From the NCBI GenBank assembly GCA_016203945.1, contig JACQLT010000001.1, forward strand, positions 72,645-116,837: DNA of 44,193 bases. The letters are read 5' to 3'. The DNA is from Parcubacteria group bacterium. GTDB taxonomy: Bacteria; Patescibacteriota; Minisyncoccia; Minisyncoccales; UBA10102. The position numbers and the translations under genes are program-made. The notes under the pieces were generated by a model. The model saw nothing but the letters and a program-made list of their open reading frames with translations. It had not been told where the DNA came from and did not search any database. Position 1 is the first letter of the stretch; each line of letters begins with the position of its first letter. Positions 14,788 through 23,207 of the stretch are shown piece after piece.

Positions 14788-16620
14788 TTAGAGGGTTCCG
14801 GAAGGAGGTAGAGATTGCTGATATTGTTCTTGATATTGTTGTTCTTGCTGTTGCTGGTATTGCTGCTGATACTGTTCTTGGTACTGTTCTGAGGAAGGGG
14901 GCGAAGGCTGCTCCTGTTTATATTGCTGATATTGTTCTTGATATTGTTGTTCTTGCTGTTGCTGGTATTGCTGCTCATATTGCTGCCGAATCTGCTCTTC
15001 GGAAGGAGGCGCGCTCCGCTCCCCTTGCGGAAACTGGTCCTGTTGTCCTTCTTCTCCCTGCTGCTGCTGGGCAATACACGCATCCAGCTTTGCCTGGATG
15101 TCAGGATTTAATCCGTGCTCTTCTCCCTGCGACTCCCCTCCTTCAGGTTTGGGGAGCGCTTGGAAGCACGCGAGCATTTCCTCGCAGGATTTTGCTACGC
15201 ATTCGTTCATCTGCGATTCAGATTTTGTTCTTTGCTCTACTACGCAAGATTCTAATCTTCCTTTAATGTCTGGGCTGAGATCAAGACCTGAAAGATCGCC
15301 GCCGCCACTACCTGGTCTTACCCCAACTTGCAATCCTTGCATGCAAGCTAAGGCTTCCTCGCACGGCTTTGCCACGCATTCATGCAACTGTTCTTCTACG
15401 TCTGAGAAATAGGGCTCCACGCATCCTCTGACTTTGTCGTTGAACTCAAACGCGTCAGAACCAAGTTCAAGCCGTCCTGAGCGAATTTGATCAATCTTTT
15501 CTTGCCCTAATGTATCGCCCAAGCAAGAAACGATTTCTGGTGGAGCCGTATCGAGCGCCTTTTTAAAGGCGGCTGCTCCCTGTGCCTCAAAACACGACTT
15601 CATGCGTAGCCCTATTTCGGGGCCCGGAATGAGGGTGCCTGCGTTGATTTCCTGGATGATGTTTTCTCCCACCGTCGCCTTCAAACACTCAAGAACCTCG
15701 GGGGGAGTTTCCCTCAAAGCGGCGCGGATCTGCTCGGTTCCCTTTTGGATGGTTTCCATCTGATCCTCGTCTAACAAATCGTGCTCTTTTGCAAAGGCAA
15801 AGCATGCCTCCAGATTCTCGGGATTGTTGCAGTATGCTTCGCAAGCTTTCTTTGATTTGCATCCTCCAGGTCCCCCTTGACTTCCTACCTTCCTCGCGAT
15901 TGCAACTTCGTCTTTGCTGATGAACCCTGCTTTTTCCGCAAAAGCGATGCATGCGTCAAAGTTCGCCTCTACCGCGCAGAAAGATTCGCACTCGTCTTTT
16001 GAGCGGCAGCCGCCCGGAGTTTCCCCTTTTGCCAAAAGCCCCATGAAGGTGGAAAATTCTGCCTGATCTTGCTCATTCAAGAATCCTGCTTCTTTGGCGA
16101 AATTGAAGCATTCAGCCGTGTTCTCGGCATTAGAGCAATACGCAAAACAAGCGTCTTTGCCGCGGCAGTCGCCAGGCATTTTGCCGCCCTGATTCAAGTA
16201 CGCGGCAACTCTTCTTGCCTCATCCAACTCTTGAGGATCATCAATCAAGTTGTTTTTCTCCACAAAGTCGAGGCAGGTGTTCAAATTATGCACATCAGCG
16301 CAATACTTGTAGCACTCTTCGGTGCTTTTGCACCAGCCGGTGCCCCCGGAAACAGCGGACTTGGTAAATTGCTTTGCGCCTTCAATCTCCTCATCTGAAA
16401 CAAGGTTGTGCTGTATGGCAAAATCCCAGCAGACCCCTATCCGATTTTCCGGTTTGTCGCAAAACGCGCGGCATTCCACCTCGTTTCGGCAACCGCCCAG
16501 TTCTGTAACAGGATAGACAATGTCGAGAGCAGAAGACGCCTGCACCACAAACACAGATACTGCGACGAGAGCGACGCTAAAAAGGATTGCAGAAACAATG
16601 GGCCGGGACTCTTGTTTCAT
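14788..16620 (-). CDS. Exported or anchored cysteine-repeat protein with a Gln/Tyr/Glu-rich repetitive C-terminus (no family recognised)
   Basis: N-terminal signal anchor. Five ~50-aa modules with the pattern C-x5-C-x3-C-x8/9-C (for example CRSKDECESFCAVEANFDACIAFAEKAGF). Duplicated PPE(V/I)xxCL and ECVAKxCEExLAC units, then a QQYQQQQEQQYQEQYQQ tail. Confidence 0.8.
   Translation of the reverse strand: MKQESRPIVSAILFSVALVAVSVFVVQASSALDIVYPVTELGGCRNEVECRAFCDKPENRIGVCWDFAIQHNLVSDEEIEGAKQFTKSAVSGGTGWCKSTEECYKYCADVHNLNTCLDFVEKNNLIDDPQELDEARRVAAYLNQGGKMPGDCRGKDACFAYCSNAENTAECFNFAKEAGFLNEQDQAEFSTFMGLLAKGETPGGCRSKDECESFCAVEANFDACIAFAEKAGFISKDEVAIARKVGSQGGPGGCKSKKACEAYCNNPENLEACFAFAKEHDLLDEDQMETIQKGTEQIRAALRETPPEVLECLKATVGENIIQEINAGTLIPGPEIGLRMKSCFEAQGAAAFKKALDTAPPEIVSCLGDTLGQEKIDQIRSGRLELGSDAFEFNDKVRGCVEPYFSDVEEQLHECVAKPCEEALACMQGLQVGVRPGSGGGDLSGLDLSPDIKGRLESCVVEQRTKSESQMNECVAKSCEEMLACFQALPKPEGGESQGEEHGLNPDIQAKLDACIAQQQQGEEGQQDQFPQGERSAPPSEEQIRQQYEQQYQQQQEQQYQEQYQQYKQEQPSPPSSEQYQEQYQQQYQQQQEQQYQEQYQQSLPPSGTL
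14814..14975. repeat. Direct repeat inside the Q-rich tail coding region: two identical 54-nt copies (14814-14867 and 14922-14975), period 108 bp
   Basis: attgctgatattgttcttgatattgttgttcttgctgttgctggtattgctgct is read twice. Confidence 0.9.
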
Positions 16621-16877
16621 TATTCAAAAGGATTCTTATATATCTTGTCCAGAGGATTTGTCTCTGCTGCCTCAAAAGGATTGGTTTCAGGAAACTTCTC
16701 TTTCACGGGATTGGCTGCCTCTTCAAAGAGCTGAGCGCCCAAACTTGCTTCTTCCCGCGGAATTAATCCTGGAATTTCTGGAGCTTTTCGCGTTTGAACA
16801 TACCAAAAAACAATCCCAGCGAACACTACGACCGCAACTCCAATGGGCAAAGGGGAAGCTCCTATCTTTCTCATCAT
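16620..16877 (-). CDS. Hypothetical 85-aa membrane-anchored protein with NP(F/V/L) repeats
   Basis: One TM segment (LPIGVAVVVFAGIVFWYV), then NPVKEKFPETNPFEAAETNPLDKIYKNPFE. Its stop overlaps the Cys-repeat gene start by 1 nt (TAATG). Confidence 0.6.
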   Translation of the reverse strand: MMRKIGASPLPIGVAVVVFAGIVFWYVQTRKAPEIPGLIPREEASLGAQLFEEAANPVKEKFPETNPFEAAETNPLDKIYKNPFE

Positions 16878-16931
16878 TTCTATTGTACCACATCGGGCGG
16901 GGTGTCAATAAAAGAAATCCACATGCGGCAT

Positions 16932-16975
16932 GAAAACGCAAACCCCGCCAGTCCATGGACTGGCGGGGTTGTTTT
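16932..16975 (-). terminator. Rho-independent terminator downstream of the RRM gene (possibly bidirectional)
   Basis: Perfect 26-nt palindrome CCCCGCCAGTCCATGGACTGGCGGGG (16943-16968) flanked by T-rich runs on both strands. Confidence 0.75.
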
Positions 16976-16992
16976 ATGCGCTTGGTAACGTA

Positions 16993-17331
16993 TTACCAAT
17001 CTCTTCCTCCGCGGTCGCGGTTGCCGCCAAAGCCTCCACCTCTGCCTCCGCGCTGGAATCCCCCTCCTCCTGTTCGCGGACGGGCTTCCATGGGACGAGC
17101 TTCATTCACTGTGATGTTTCGTCCTTCAAGATCTTTTCCGTTGAACATTTGGATGGCGTTCTGCGCTTCCTCTTCGGTGGACATCTCCACAAAGCCGAAT
17201 CCCTTGCTGCGGCCGGACATCTTGTCGATGATCACGGTTGCCGATTCAACGGTTCCTGCCTGGGAGAAGGTCTCTTTCAGAGTGTCTTCGGTGGTGCTGT
17301 AGGGCAATCCTCCGACGTACAATTTCTTTGC
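16993..17331 (-). CDS. RRM-type RNA-binding protein with an RGG/Gly-rich tail
   Basis: MAKKLYVGGLPYSTT (RNP-2) and KGFGFVEM (RNP-1), with a C-terminal GGGGFQRGGRGGGFGGNRDRGGR. Confidence 0.9.
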   Translation of the reverse strand, partial: AKKLYVGGLPYSTTEDTLKETFSQAGTVESATVIIDKMSGRSKGFGFVEMSTEEEAQNAIQMFNGKDLEGRNITVNEARPMEARPRTGGGGFQRGGRGGGFGGNRDRGGRDW

Positions 17332-17342
17332 CATGTTGTCCT

Positions 17343-17418
17343 CTTGCACAAATACTTAATATCGCAAGTCGACCTGACGTATTTTTCTCGTATCAACTTA
17401 CACGTATATTTGTGCAAG
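17343..17418 (-). promoter_or_regulatory. Structured 5' UTR of the RRM gene: 12-bp long-range stem CTTGCACAAATA / TATTTGTGCAAG abutting the ribosome-binding region
   Basis: The inverted repeat was read directly at 17343-17354 and 17407-17418. It lies between the predicted promoter and the ATG at 17331. Confidence 0.45.
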
Positions 17419-17451
17419 GAAACAGAAAACACATACACTTGCTTCAAGAGA

Positions 17452-17480
17452 AGTATAGACTATTCATGAGATAATGTCAA
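17452..17480 (-). promoter_or_regulatory. Sigma-70-type promoter for the RRM gene (TTGACA-17-TATACT)
   Basis: Gene-strand TTGACA (17480-17475), a 17-nt spacer, then TATACT (17457-17452). Confidence 0.55.
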
Positions 17481-17487
17481 GGGCTTG

Positions 17488-19305
17488 CTATTCACTTTTC
17501 TTCCTGAGGGCGTTCCGAAGAATCCGCTTGCGGATGCGGATGCTCTTCGGGGTCACTTCCACGAGCTCATTGTCCCCGATGTATTCCAGGGCCTGTTCCA
17601 AGGATAATATTCTCTTTGGAACAAGGTCGTCGGTGACTGCTTCCCCTTTCGCCCTGAAGTTCGTAAGGTGCTTTTCCTTGCATACGTTGACCGCGAGATC
17701 AGAATCCTTCGCATTCTGTCCTACCACCTGGCCCTCGTATACCTGTTCTCCGGGACCCACGAACAATGCTCCGCGCTCCTGCGAGTGCACCAAGGCGTAT
17801 GCCGTCGTGGCTCCGGACTCGTGGGCTATGAGCGAGCCGTGCGAATTGGTCTCAACCGACTGCATCTTTGGAAAATATCCCGCGGACAAAGAGTTCACGA
17901 CACCCGTGCCCTTTGTCCCGAGCATGAGCTCGTTTCTGAACCCGATGAATCCTCTTGTTGAAATGAAGAAGTGGAAGTATATAATGTTGCGTTCTGCATG
18001 CATATTCTTCATTTCTGCCTTCCGCATGCTCATGTTCTGGATGATCATACCGGAATACTCCTTGGGAACCTCTATCCAGACATCTTCCATGGGTTCCAAT
18101 ATCTTATCTCCTTCCTGTTTGAAGATGACCTCCGGCTTTGAAACTTGGAACTCGTATCCTTCCCTGCGCATCTTTTCAATGAGGATGGAAAGATGCAGCT
18201 CCCCTCTTCCGCTTACGGCAAAGGAATCTGCGGAAGATGTTTCCTCCATCTGAAGCGCAACATCGTTATCCAGCTCTTTGAATAGCCGCTCCCGCAGGTT
18301 GCGCGAGGTGCAATATTCTCCCTCTTGTCCCGCGAACGGAGAATCGTTCACGGAAAACATCATCTTTACGGTGGGCTTCTCAATGGAAACAACGGGCAGG
18401 GCTTCGGGCGACTCTACGCTGGCGATCGTGTCCCCAATGTTCACATCGGGAATCCCGGCGACAGCTGCAATGTCGCCTGCCGGAACCGAGTCCGTTGCGA
18501 CTCGCGCGAGCCCCAGATACGTCGTGAGCGCGGTAAGCTTGTATTCTTTCATCTCCCCTGAGCCTGCCTGACCGGCAGGCAGGCTCTTCATGTGCATAAC
18601 ACGCATGTCTTTTTTCAGCGCTCCCCGATGCACGCGGCCTATCGCGATCCTCCCCTGGTAGTCGTCCGAACTTATAGAAATCACCATCATCTGCAAGGGA
18701 GCCATTTCTTCTGCCTGGGGACCTGGAATATGGCTGATGATCGCGTCAAACACGGGAATGATATTCTTCATTCCGGCAAGATCCGGAGAAGTACTTGCCA
18801 ACCCGAGCTTGCCTGCCGCGTACAGGACGGGAAAGTTCAACTGCTCGTCCGTTGCCCCGAGATCCATGAAGAGCTCCAAAATCTTTTCGTGCACGTGTTC
18901 CACGCGGGCGTTCTTCTTGTCCACCTTGTTGATCACCACGATGATCTTGTGTTTCGCTTCAAAGGCCTTTTTCAATACGAACCTGGTCTGCGGCATGGGA
19001 CCGTCTTGGGCATCCACGAGGAGCAAAGAGCCGTCTGCCATGTTCAGTACGCGCTCCACTTCTCCGCCAAAGTCTGCGTGTCCTGGAGTATCTATGATAT
19101 TGATTTTTGTCCCTTTATAGAGAACAGCCGCGTTCTTTGAAAAGATGGTGATGCCGCGCTCCCGTTCCAATTCGTTAGAATCCATGATCAACTCGCCCTC
19201 AGTGAGTTTACCCAGAGTTGTGTCCGACTGCTTCAAGAGCGCGTCCACGAGCGTGGACTTGCCATGATCGACATGCGCTATGATTGTTATGTTTCTAATG
19301 TCCAT
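17488..19305 (-). CDS. typA: Translational GTPase TypA/BipA
   Basis: MDIRNITIIAHVDHGKSTLVDALL, DTPGHADFGGEV and NKVDK. The length and EF-G-like domain order match BipA. Trimmed from track start 19356. Confidence 0.93.
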   Translation of the reverse strand: MDIRNITIIAHVDHGKSTLVDALLKQSDTTLGKLTEGELIMDSNELERERGITIFSKNAAVLYKGTKINIIDTPGHADFGGEVERVLNMADGSLLLVDAQDGPMPQTRFVLKKAFEAKHKIIVVINKVDKKNARVEHVHEKILELFMDLGATDEQLNFPVLYAAGKLGLASTSPDLAGMKNIIPVFDAIISHIPGPQAEEMAPLQMMVISISSDDYQGRIAIGRVHRGALKKDMRVMHMKSLPAGQAGSGEMKEYKLTALTTYLGLARVATDSVPAGDIAAVAGIPDVNIGDTIASVESPEALPVVSIEKPTVKMMFSVNDSPFAGQEGEYCTSRNLRERLFKELDNDVALQMEETSSADSFAVSGRGELHLSILIEKMRREGYEFQVSKPEVIFKQEGDKILEPMEDVWIEVPKEYSGMIIQNMSMRKAEMKNMHAERNIIYFHFFISTRGFIGFRNELMLGTKGTGVVNSLSAGYFPKMQSVETNSHGSLIAHESGATTAYALVHSQERGALFVGPGEQVYEGQVVGQNAKDSDLAVNVCKEKHLTNFRAKGEAVTDDLVPKRILSLEQALEYIGDNELVEVTPKSIRIRKRILRNALRKKSE

Positions 19306-19332
19306 ATCGATATAAGCAAAGTGAGCGACCTG

Positions 19333-19371
19333 CCCCGTATACTCCGATGTATACATCGGAGTTGTGCGGGG
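19333..19371 (-). promoter_or_regulatory. Strong hairpin in the typA leader (20-bp perfect palindrome CTCCGATGTATACATCGGAG nested within a CCCCG...CGGGG stem)
   Basis: Read directly at 19342-19361, with outer arms at 19333-19337 and 19367-19371. A possible TTGAAT-17-TAACAT promoter lies upstream. Confidence 0.4.
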
Positions 19372-19404
19372 TGATGGCGATGTTACGGATTGGGTTCATA
19401 TTAT

Positions 19405-19441
19405 TCAAAAAAAGAGGACCGGCATTCTTTGCAGGGCCTCT
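19405..19441 (-). terminator. Rho-independent terminator after the DUF167 gene
   Basis: Gene strand AGAGGCCCTGCAAAGAATGCCGGTCCTCTTTTTTTG: an imperfect GC stem followed by T7. Confidence 0.65.
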
Positions 19442-19469
19442 GCCAGAGTACATAGAAATTTCCAAAAAG

Positions 19470-19688
19470 TCAACCAACCTCAAACACCTTTTGCCGCGAG
19501 GAATGTCCAGATATGATGCGCACTCGTGAAGGCGCAATATCAAAGTAATTTGCAAGAAGCTTCGCTACTGCCTGATTCGCCTTTCCCTGCTGGGGCCGCG
19601 CAGGAGTCGAGACGACAAAATGGGAGCCGTCCTCCTTCTCAACAGAGTTCTTCTTCGCCCCTGATTTTGCCTTCACAAAAATCCTCAT
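19470..19688 (-). CDS. DUF167 (YggU-like) protein
   Basis: MRIFVKAKSGAKKNSVEKEDG...VVSTPARPQQGKANQAVAKLLANYFDIAPSRVRIISGHSSRQKVFEV. Trimmed to the ATG that avoids overlap with the upstream gene. Confidence 0.8.
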   Translation of the reverse strand: MRIFVKAKSGAKKNSVEKEDGSHFVVSTPARPQQGKANQAVAKLLANYFDIAPSRVRIISGHSSRQKVFEVG

Positions 19689-19696
19689 CTGCAGGC

Positions 19697-20077
19697 CTAT
19701 CGGAGCCAGTCTTTCCACCTTTTCGGCAAACCCAAAAGGAGAAGCAGCGCCAGTGGGGCTCCCCAGTTCGCCCAGCGTTCAACAAAATCCCACACGGGCA
19801 TGCCCACGAGCGGCCGGATGAACGCCGTCCAGAATCCCCAGAACGCCATCCAGAGAAGCGCGGCTCGAACCGGCCGTATCAGCACAAGGACGGCGAGCGC
19901 GATATCCATAGCGCCGACGATGAACAGAAGCTGCGTTGCCAAGTTCGCGTCAGCGACCCCGAACTGAGCAAACCATGCCACCCAGTCCTTTTTGCCCTGT
20001 AACGCGAACACGCCGTGCCCGATAAACTCTCCCGCGACCGCAACGCGCAGCACCCACTCAGCTATCTTTATATTCAT
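19697..20077 (-). CDS. Hypothetical 4-TM membrane protein
   Basis: A 126-aa hydrophobic ORF. No family confidently recognised. Confidence 0.6.
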   Translation of the reverse strand: MNIKIAEWVLRVAVAGEFIGHGVFALQGKKDWVAWFAQFGVADANLATQLLFIVGAMDIALAVLVLIRPVRAALLWMAFWGFWTAFIRPLVGMPVWDFVERWANWGAPLALLLLLGLPKRWKDWLR

Positions 20078-20171
20078 ACCAAGAAACTGCCTTATGTTTT
20101 ATATATACCACGAAGCAGGAGAAATAAAAACCATTCGCTTCGCTCAGAACCTTTTTTCCTCGCCATGCTCG

Positions 20172-20210
20172 GAAATGAAAAACCGCCCTGAGTGAGATCG
20201 AGGGGCGGTT
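20172..20210 (-). terminator. Rho-independent terminator after csp
   Basis: Gene strand ACCGCCC-CTCGATCTCACTCA-GGGCGGT followed by TTTTCATTT. Confidence 0.7.
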
Positions 20211-20230
20211 CTTCATTGAGCAAGGCCTTG

Positions 20231-20428
20231 TTAGGCTCGTGTCACGTTCTTTGCGCTAAGGCCTTTCTCGCCCTCAACGACTTCAAAACTGACGGTGTCG
20301 CCAACCTTGAGCTCGTCATACGTCACACCGCTCAAATCCTTGGAGTGAAAGAAAAGATCCTTTGCTTCGCCTTCGCGAGCAATGAATCCATATCCTTTGT
20401 CCGTGAGTGTCTTGATGGTTCCAGTCAT
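20231..20428 (-). CDS. csp: Cold-shock protein (CspA family)
   Basis: MTGTIKTLTDKGYGFIAREGEAKDLFFHSKDL carries the RNP-1/RNP-2 motifs of the cold-shock domain. Confidence 0.95.
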   Translation of the reverse strand: MTGTIKTLTDKGYGFIAREGEAKDLFFHSKDLSGVTYDELKVGDTVSFEVVEGEKGLSAKNVTRA

Positions 20429-20498
20429 GATTATGTATTACGCTTGTATTGCTTGTACCGAGAAACCCGACCACGTCTCTAACCTGTACGCACCTGCC

Positions 20499-20527
20499 AT
20501 GATACTACAGAACACCTGCGCCGTCAA
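20499..20527 (-). promoter_or_regulatory. Sigma-70-type promoter for csp (TTGACG-17-TATCAT), giving a ~65-nt 5' UTR
   Basis: Hexamers read on the gene strand at 20527-20522 and 20504-20499. Confidence 0.5.
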
Positions 20528-20536
20528 ACGCCCGGC

Positions 20537-22612
20537 CTAAAGCCTCTGCCTACGCAACAGCACCGCGTTGATCGCGACAATGACCGTGCTCGCCGACATA
20601 AAGACTGCGGCGACCGCTGGCTGGAGCAGTACGCCTTTGAAAGCGAGGATGCCCGCCGCAAGAGGCAACGCGACAATATTGTATCCGGTCGCCCAGAAAA
20701 GATTCTGGATCATCTTTGCATAGGTCATCTGGGACAACCTGATTATCTTTGCGATATCCCGGGGGTCATTGCGGACGAGAACAATTCCGGCCGACTCAAT
20801 GGCCACATTCGTACCAGCCCCAATGGCAATGCCCAGATCTGCTTGCGTTAAAGCCGGGGCATCGTTGATGCCGTCGCCAACCATGGCAACCTTGAGGCCG
20901 CGCTTCTGCAGTTCCCTTACCTTCTCTGATTTCTGAGAGGGCAACACCCGTGCAAAGTATTCGTCAATGCCAAGCTCCTGACTAACCCATGCTGCCACGT
21001 CTTCTGAGTCGCCCGTAATCATGGAAGTCCGAACCCCCATCTCTTTGAGCGCCTTGACTGCCAGGCGCGATTCCTCCCGGATGATGTCGGCAAGGGCGAT
21101 GGCGCCCAAGAGATTCCGATTCTTGAGAGCAAAGACGATGGTCTGTCCTTTCTTGCCTGCGCCTTGCACGTACTTCAAGAGTTCAGCTGGCATGCTCACG
21201 CCCATGTCCTCAAGAAGCGCAGGTCCTCCCACCATGACCTCGTTGTCATCCACGATCGCCCGCACCCCCCTGCCCTTCAGCGCTTCAAATCTCTTCGGCT
21301 CTTTGCGGGCGAGGTTCAGCTTTTTTGCTTCCGTTACCACGGCCTTGGCAATGGGATGTTCCGATAGCGCGTCAAGGGAGGCGGCCAGCTGTAAGATTTC
21401 TTCTTTCGTGTTTCCGTTCGTACTCCAGACCTCCACAACGCCGAATTCGCCTTTGGTCAAGGTTCCTGTTTTGTCAAAAAGTACCGTATCAATAGTTCGG
21501 GCGGCTTCCAAAGCAATCCTCTGCTTTACCAGAAAACCGTTTTGCGCGGCTTTAGTGGTAGAGATAGAAGCAACGAGCGGCACCGCAAGCCCAAGCGCGT
21601 GAGGACAGGCGATGACGAGCACGGCCACGAGCCGAGCTACGGCAAATCCGACGTCAGCGCCTGCTACAAGCCAGGCAGTCAGAGTAGTCAGGCCTCCGAC
21701 AACGGCAATGACGGTCAAATAGAGTGCCGCCCTGTCAGAGAGTATTTGAAGCCGCGACTTGGACGCCTGCGCCTCGGCAACCAGGCGCATCACTCCGGCA
21801 AGAAAGGCCTTCTCTCCGATATTGGCAACCCTGATCTTCAGGACACCGTCGCCGTTGATGGTGCCGGCAATGACCGGACTGCCTTCTTTTTTGGAAACCG
21901 GCTTTGACTCTCCGGTAATCATCGATTCGTTCACGTCGGACTGGCCGTCCGTAATAATTCCGTCGGCAGGAACTTTTGCTCCCGGCTTCACGAGAACCGT
22001 ATCGTTCTCCCGCAGTTCAGAGAGCGGAACGGTTTCTGTTGTATTGTCACGGACCACCTCGGCAGTGTCGGGAAGGAGCTTTGACAATTCTTTCAGCGCG
22101 CCCTGCGCTCCCAATACCGCGCGCATCTCAAGCCAGTGGCCGAGAAGCATGATGGTGATCAGCGTGGTGAGCTCCCAAAACAAGGCTTCTTCGCTCGCAA
22201 ATACCGCGTATACGCTCCAAAAGTATGCAGCTGAAATGGCAATGCCAATGAGCGTCATCATGCCAGGCAGCCGCGCCTGTAATTCTCGCCAAGCTCCGGC
22301 AATAAACACCCAGCCGCCGTAAAAGAACACGACGGAGCCGAGCGCAAGCGGCACATATGCAGAGCCCGGAAAGTCAGGGGCTGACCATTTAAAAATCTTC
22401 TCTGCAACGTCTGCATAGAGCACAACAGGAACCGTAAGGACAAGGCTGACCCAGAACTTTCTGAAAAACAGAGCTGTGCTATGGCCCGCATGCTTGTCGT
22501 GCCCGCCGTAATCCGTTTTTTTCTTTACCGGCACGAGGTTCATACCGCACTCAGGACACATACCAGGCGCATCCTGCCGTATCTCAGGATGCATAGGACA
22601 GGTATATTTCAC
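20537..22612 (-). CDS. Heavy-metal (copper-type) P1B ATPase with an N-terminal Cys-rich metal-binding motif and a CPH transmembrane motif
   Basis: CPMHPEIRQDAPGMCPECGM at the N-terminus, then TGESKPV, ACPHALGLAVPL, DKTGTLT and GDGINDAPAL. Confidence 0.9.
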   Translation of the reverse strand: MKYTCPMHPEIRQDAPGMCPECGMNLVPVKKKTDYGGHDKHAGHSTALFFRKFWVSLVLTVPVVLYADVAEKIFKWSAPDFPGSAYVPLALGSVVFFYGGWVFIAGAWRELQARLPGMMTLIGIAISAAYFWSVYAVFASEEALFWELTTLITIMLLGHWLEMRAVLGAQGALKELSKLLPDTAEVVRDNTTETVPLSELRENDTVLVKPGAKVPADGIITDGQSDVNESMITGESKPVSKKEGSPVIAGTINGDGVLKIRVANIGEKAFLAGVMRLVAEAQASKSRLQILSDRAALYLTVIAVVGGLTTLTAWLVAGADVGFAVARLVAVLVIACPHALGLAVPLVASISTTKAAQNGFLVKQRIALEAARTIDTVLFDKTGTLTKGEFGVVEVWSTNGNTKEEILQLAASLDALSEHPIAKAVVTEAKKLNLARKEPKRFEALKGRGVRAIVDDNEVMVGGPALLEDMGVSMPAELLKYVQGAGKKGQTIVFALKNRNLLGAIALADIIREESRLAVKALKEMGVRTSMITGDSEDVAAWVSQELGIDEYFARVLPSQKSEKVRELQKRGLKVAMVGDGINDAPALTQADLGIAIGAGTNVAIESAGIVLVRNDPRDIAKIIRLSQMTYAKMIQNLFWATGYNIVALPLAAGILAFKGVLLQPAVAAVFMSASTVIVAINAVLLRRQRL

Positions 22613-22632
22613 GGAATCTCTGCTGAGCTTAA

Positions 22633-23181
22633 TTACTCAATCCACTTGATGGAACACCCCATGGAAGGCCTGAATGCGCCGCCCATCTCCTCCCCTTTCA
22701 ATAACTTCTGGATGTTCTCATCCATGGTATGCTCTGACACTTCCTGGCCGGGCTCCAAGACGTCGTCTATCCTTCCATGGAACACGAGCCTCTGATCTTT
22801 ATCAAACAAGAAGGGATCCGGCGTGCACGTGGCGCCATATGCCCTGGCAACCTCTTGGGTATCATCCAATAGATACGGAAAGCCGATGTTCCGTTCTTTT
22901 GCGAACATCTTCATATTCTCCATGCCCTCCCCCTCGTAATTCGGGTCGTTGCTGTTGATACCGACAACCGCAACCCTGTCTTTGTATTTCTCATGGAGTT
23001 GCACGATGGCACCGATCTTTGCCTTCACGTACGGGCAATGATTGCATATGAAAACGATGAGTAAGCCTTCCCTTTTCTGGAAATCCGCAAGGGAATATGT
23101 CCTCCCGTCAGTTCCCTGCAAAGAGAAATCCGGCGCCTTATCCCCATTATTGAGCTTCTGAAATGATTGCGTGAGTGCCAT
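22633..23181 (-). CDS. Thioredoxin-fold thiol-disulfide oxidoreductase (redoxin/AhpC-TSA-like)
   Basis: DFSLQGTDGRTYSLADF...LLIVFICNHCPYVKA. A 182-aa redoxin-like protein. Confidence 0.8.
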   Translation of the reverse strand: MALTQSFQKLNNGDKAPDFSLQGTDGRTYSLADFQKREGLLIVFICNHCPYVKAKIGAIVQLHEKYKDRVAVVGINSNDPNYEGEGMENMKMFAKERNIGFPYLLDDTQEVARAYGATCTPDPFLFDKDQRLVFHGRIDDVLEPGQEVSEHTMDENIQKLLKGEEMGGAFRPSMGCSIKWIE

Positions 23182-23207
23182 ATAATGATCATATCAGAAA
23201 CTGGAGT

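Noticed and set aside
14721-15083. 120-aa Asn/Ser-rich ORF (SNTSNSKNNNIKNNISN repeats)
   Set aside because: It is an alternative frame of the Gln-rich tandem repeat at the 3' end of the 610-aa Cys-repeat gene. It lies on the same strand and is fully nested, with no independent start context.
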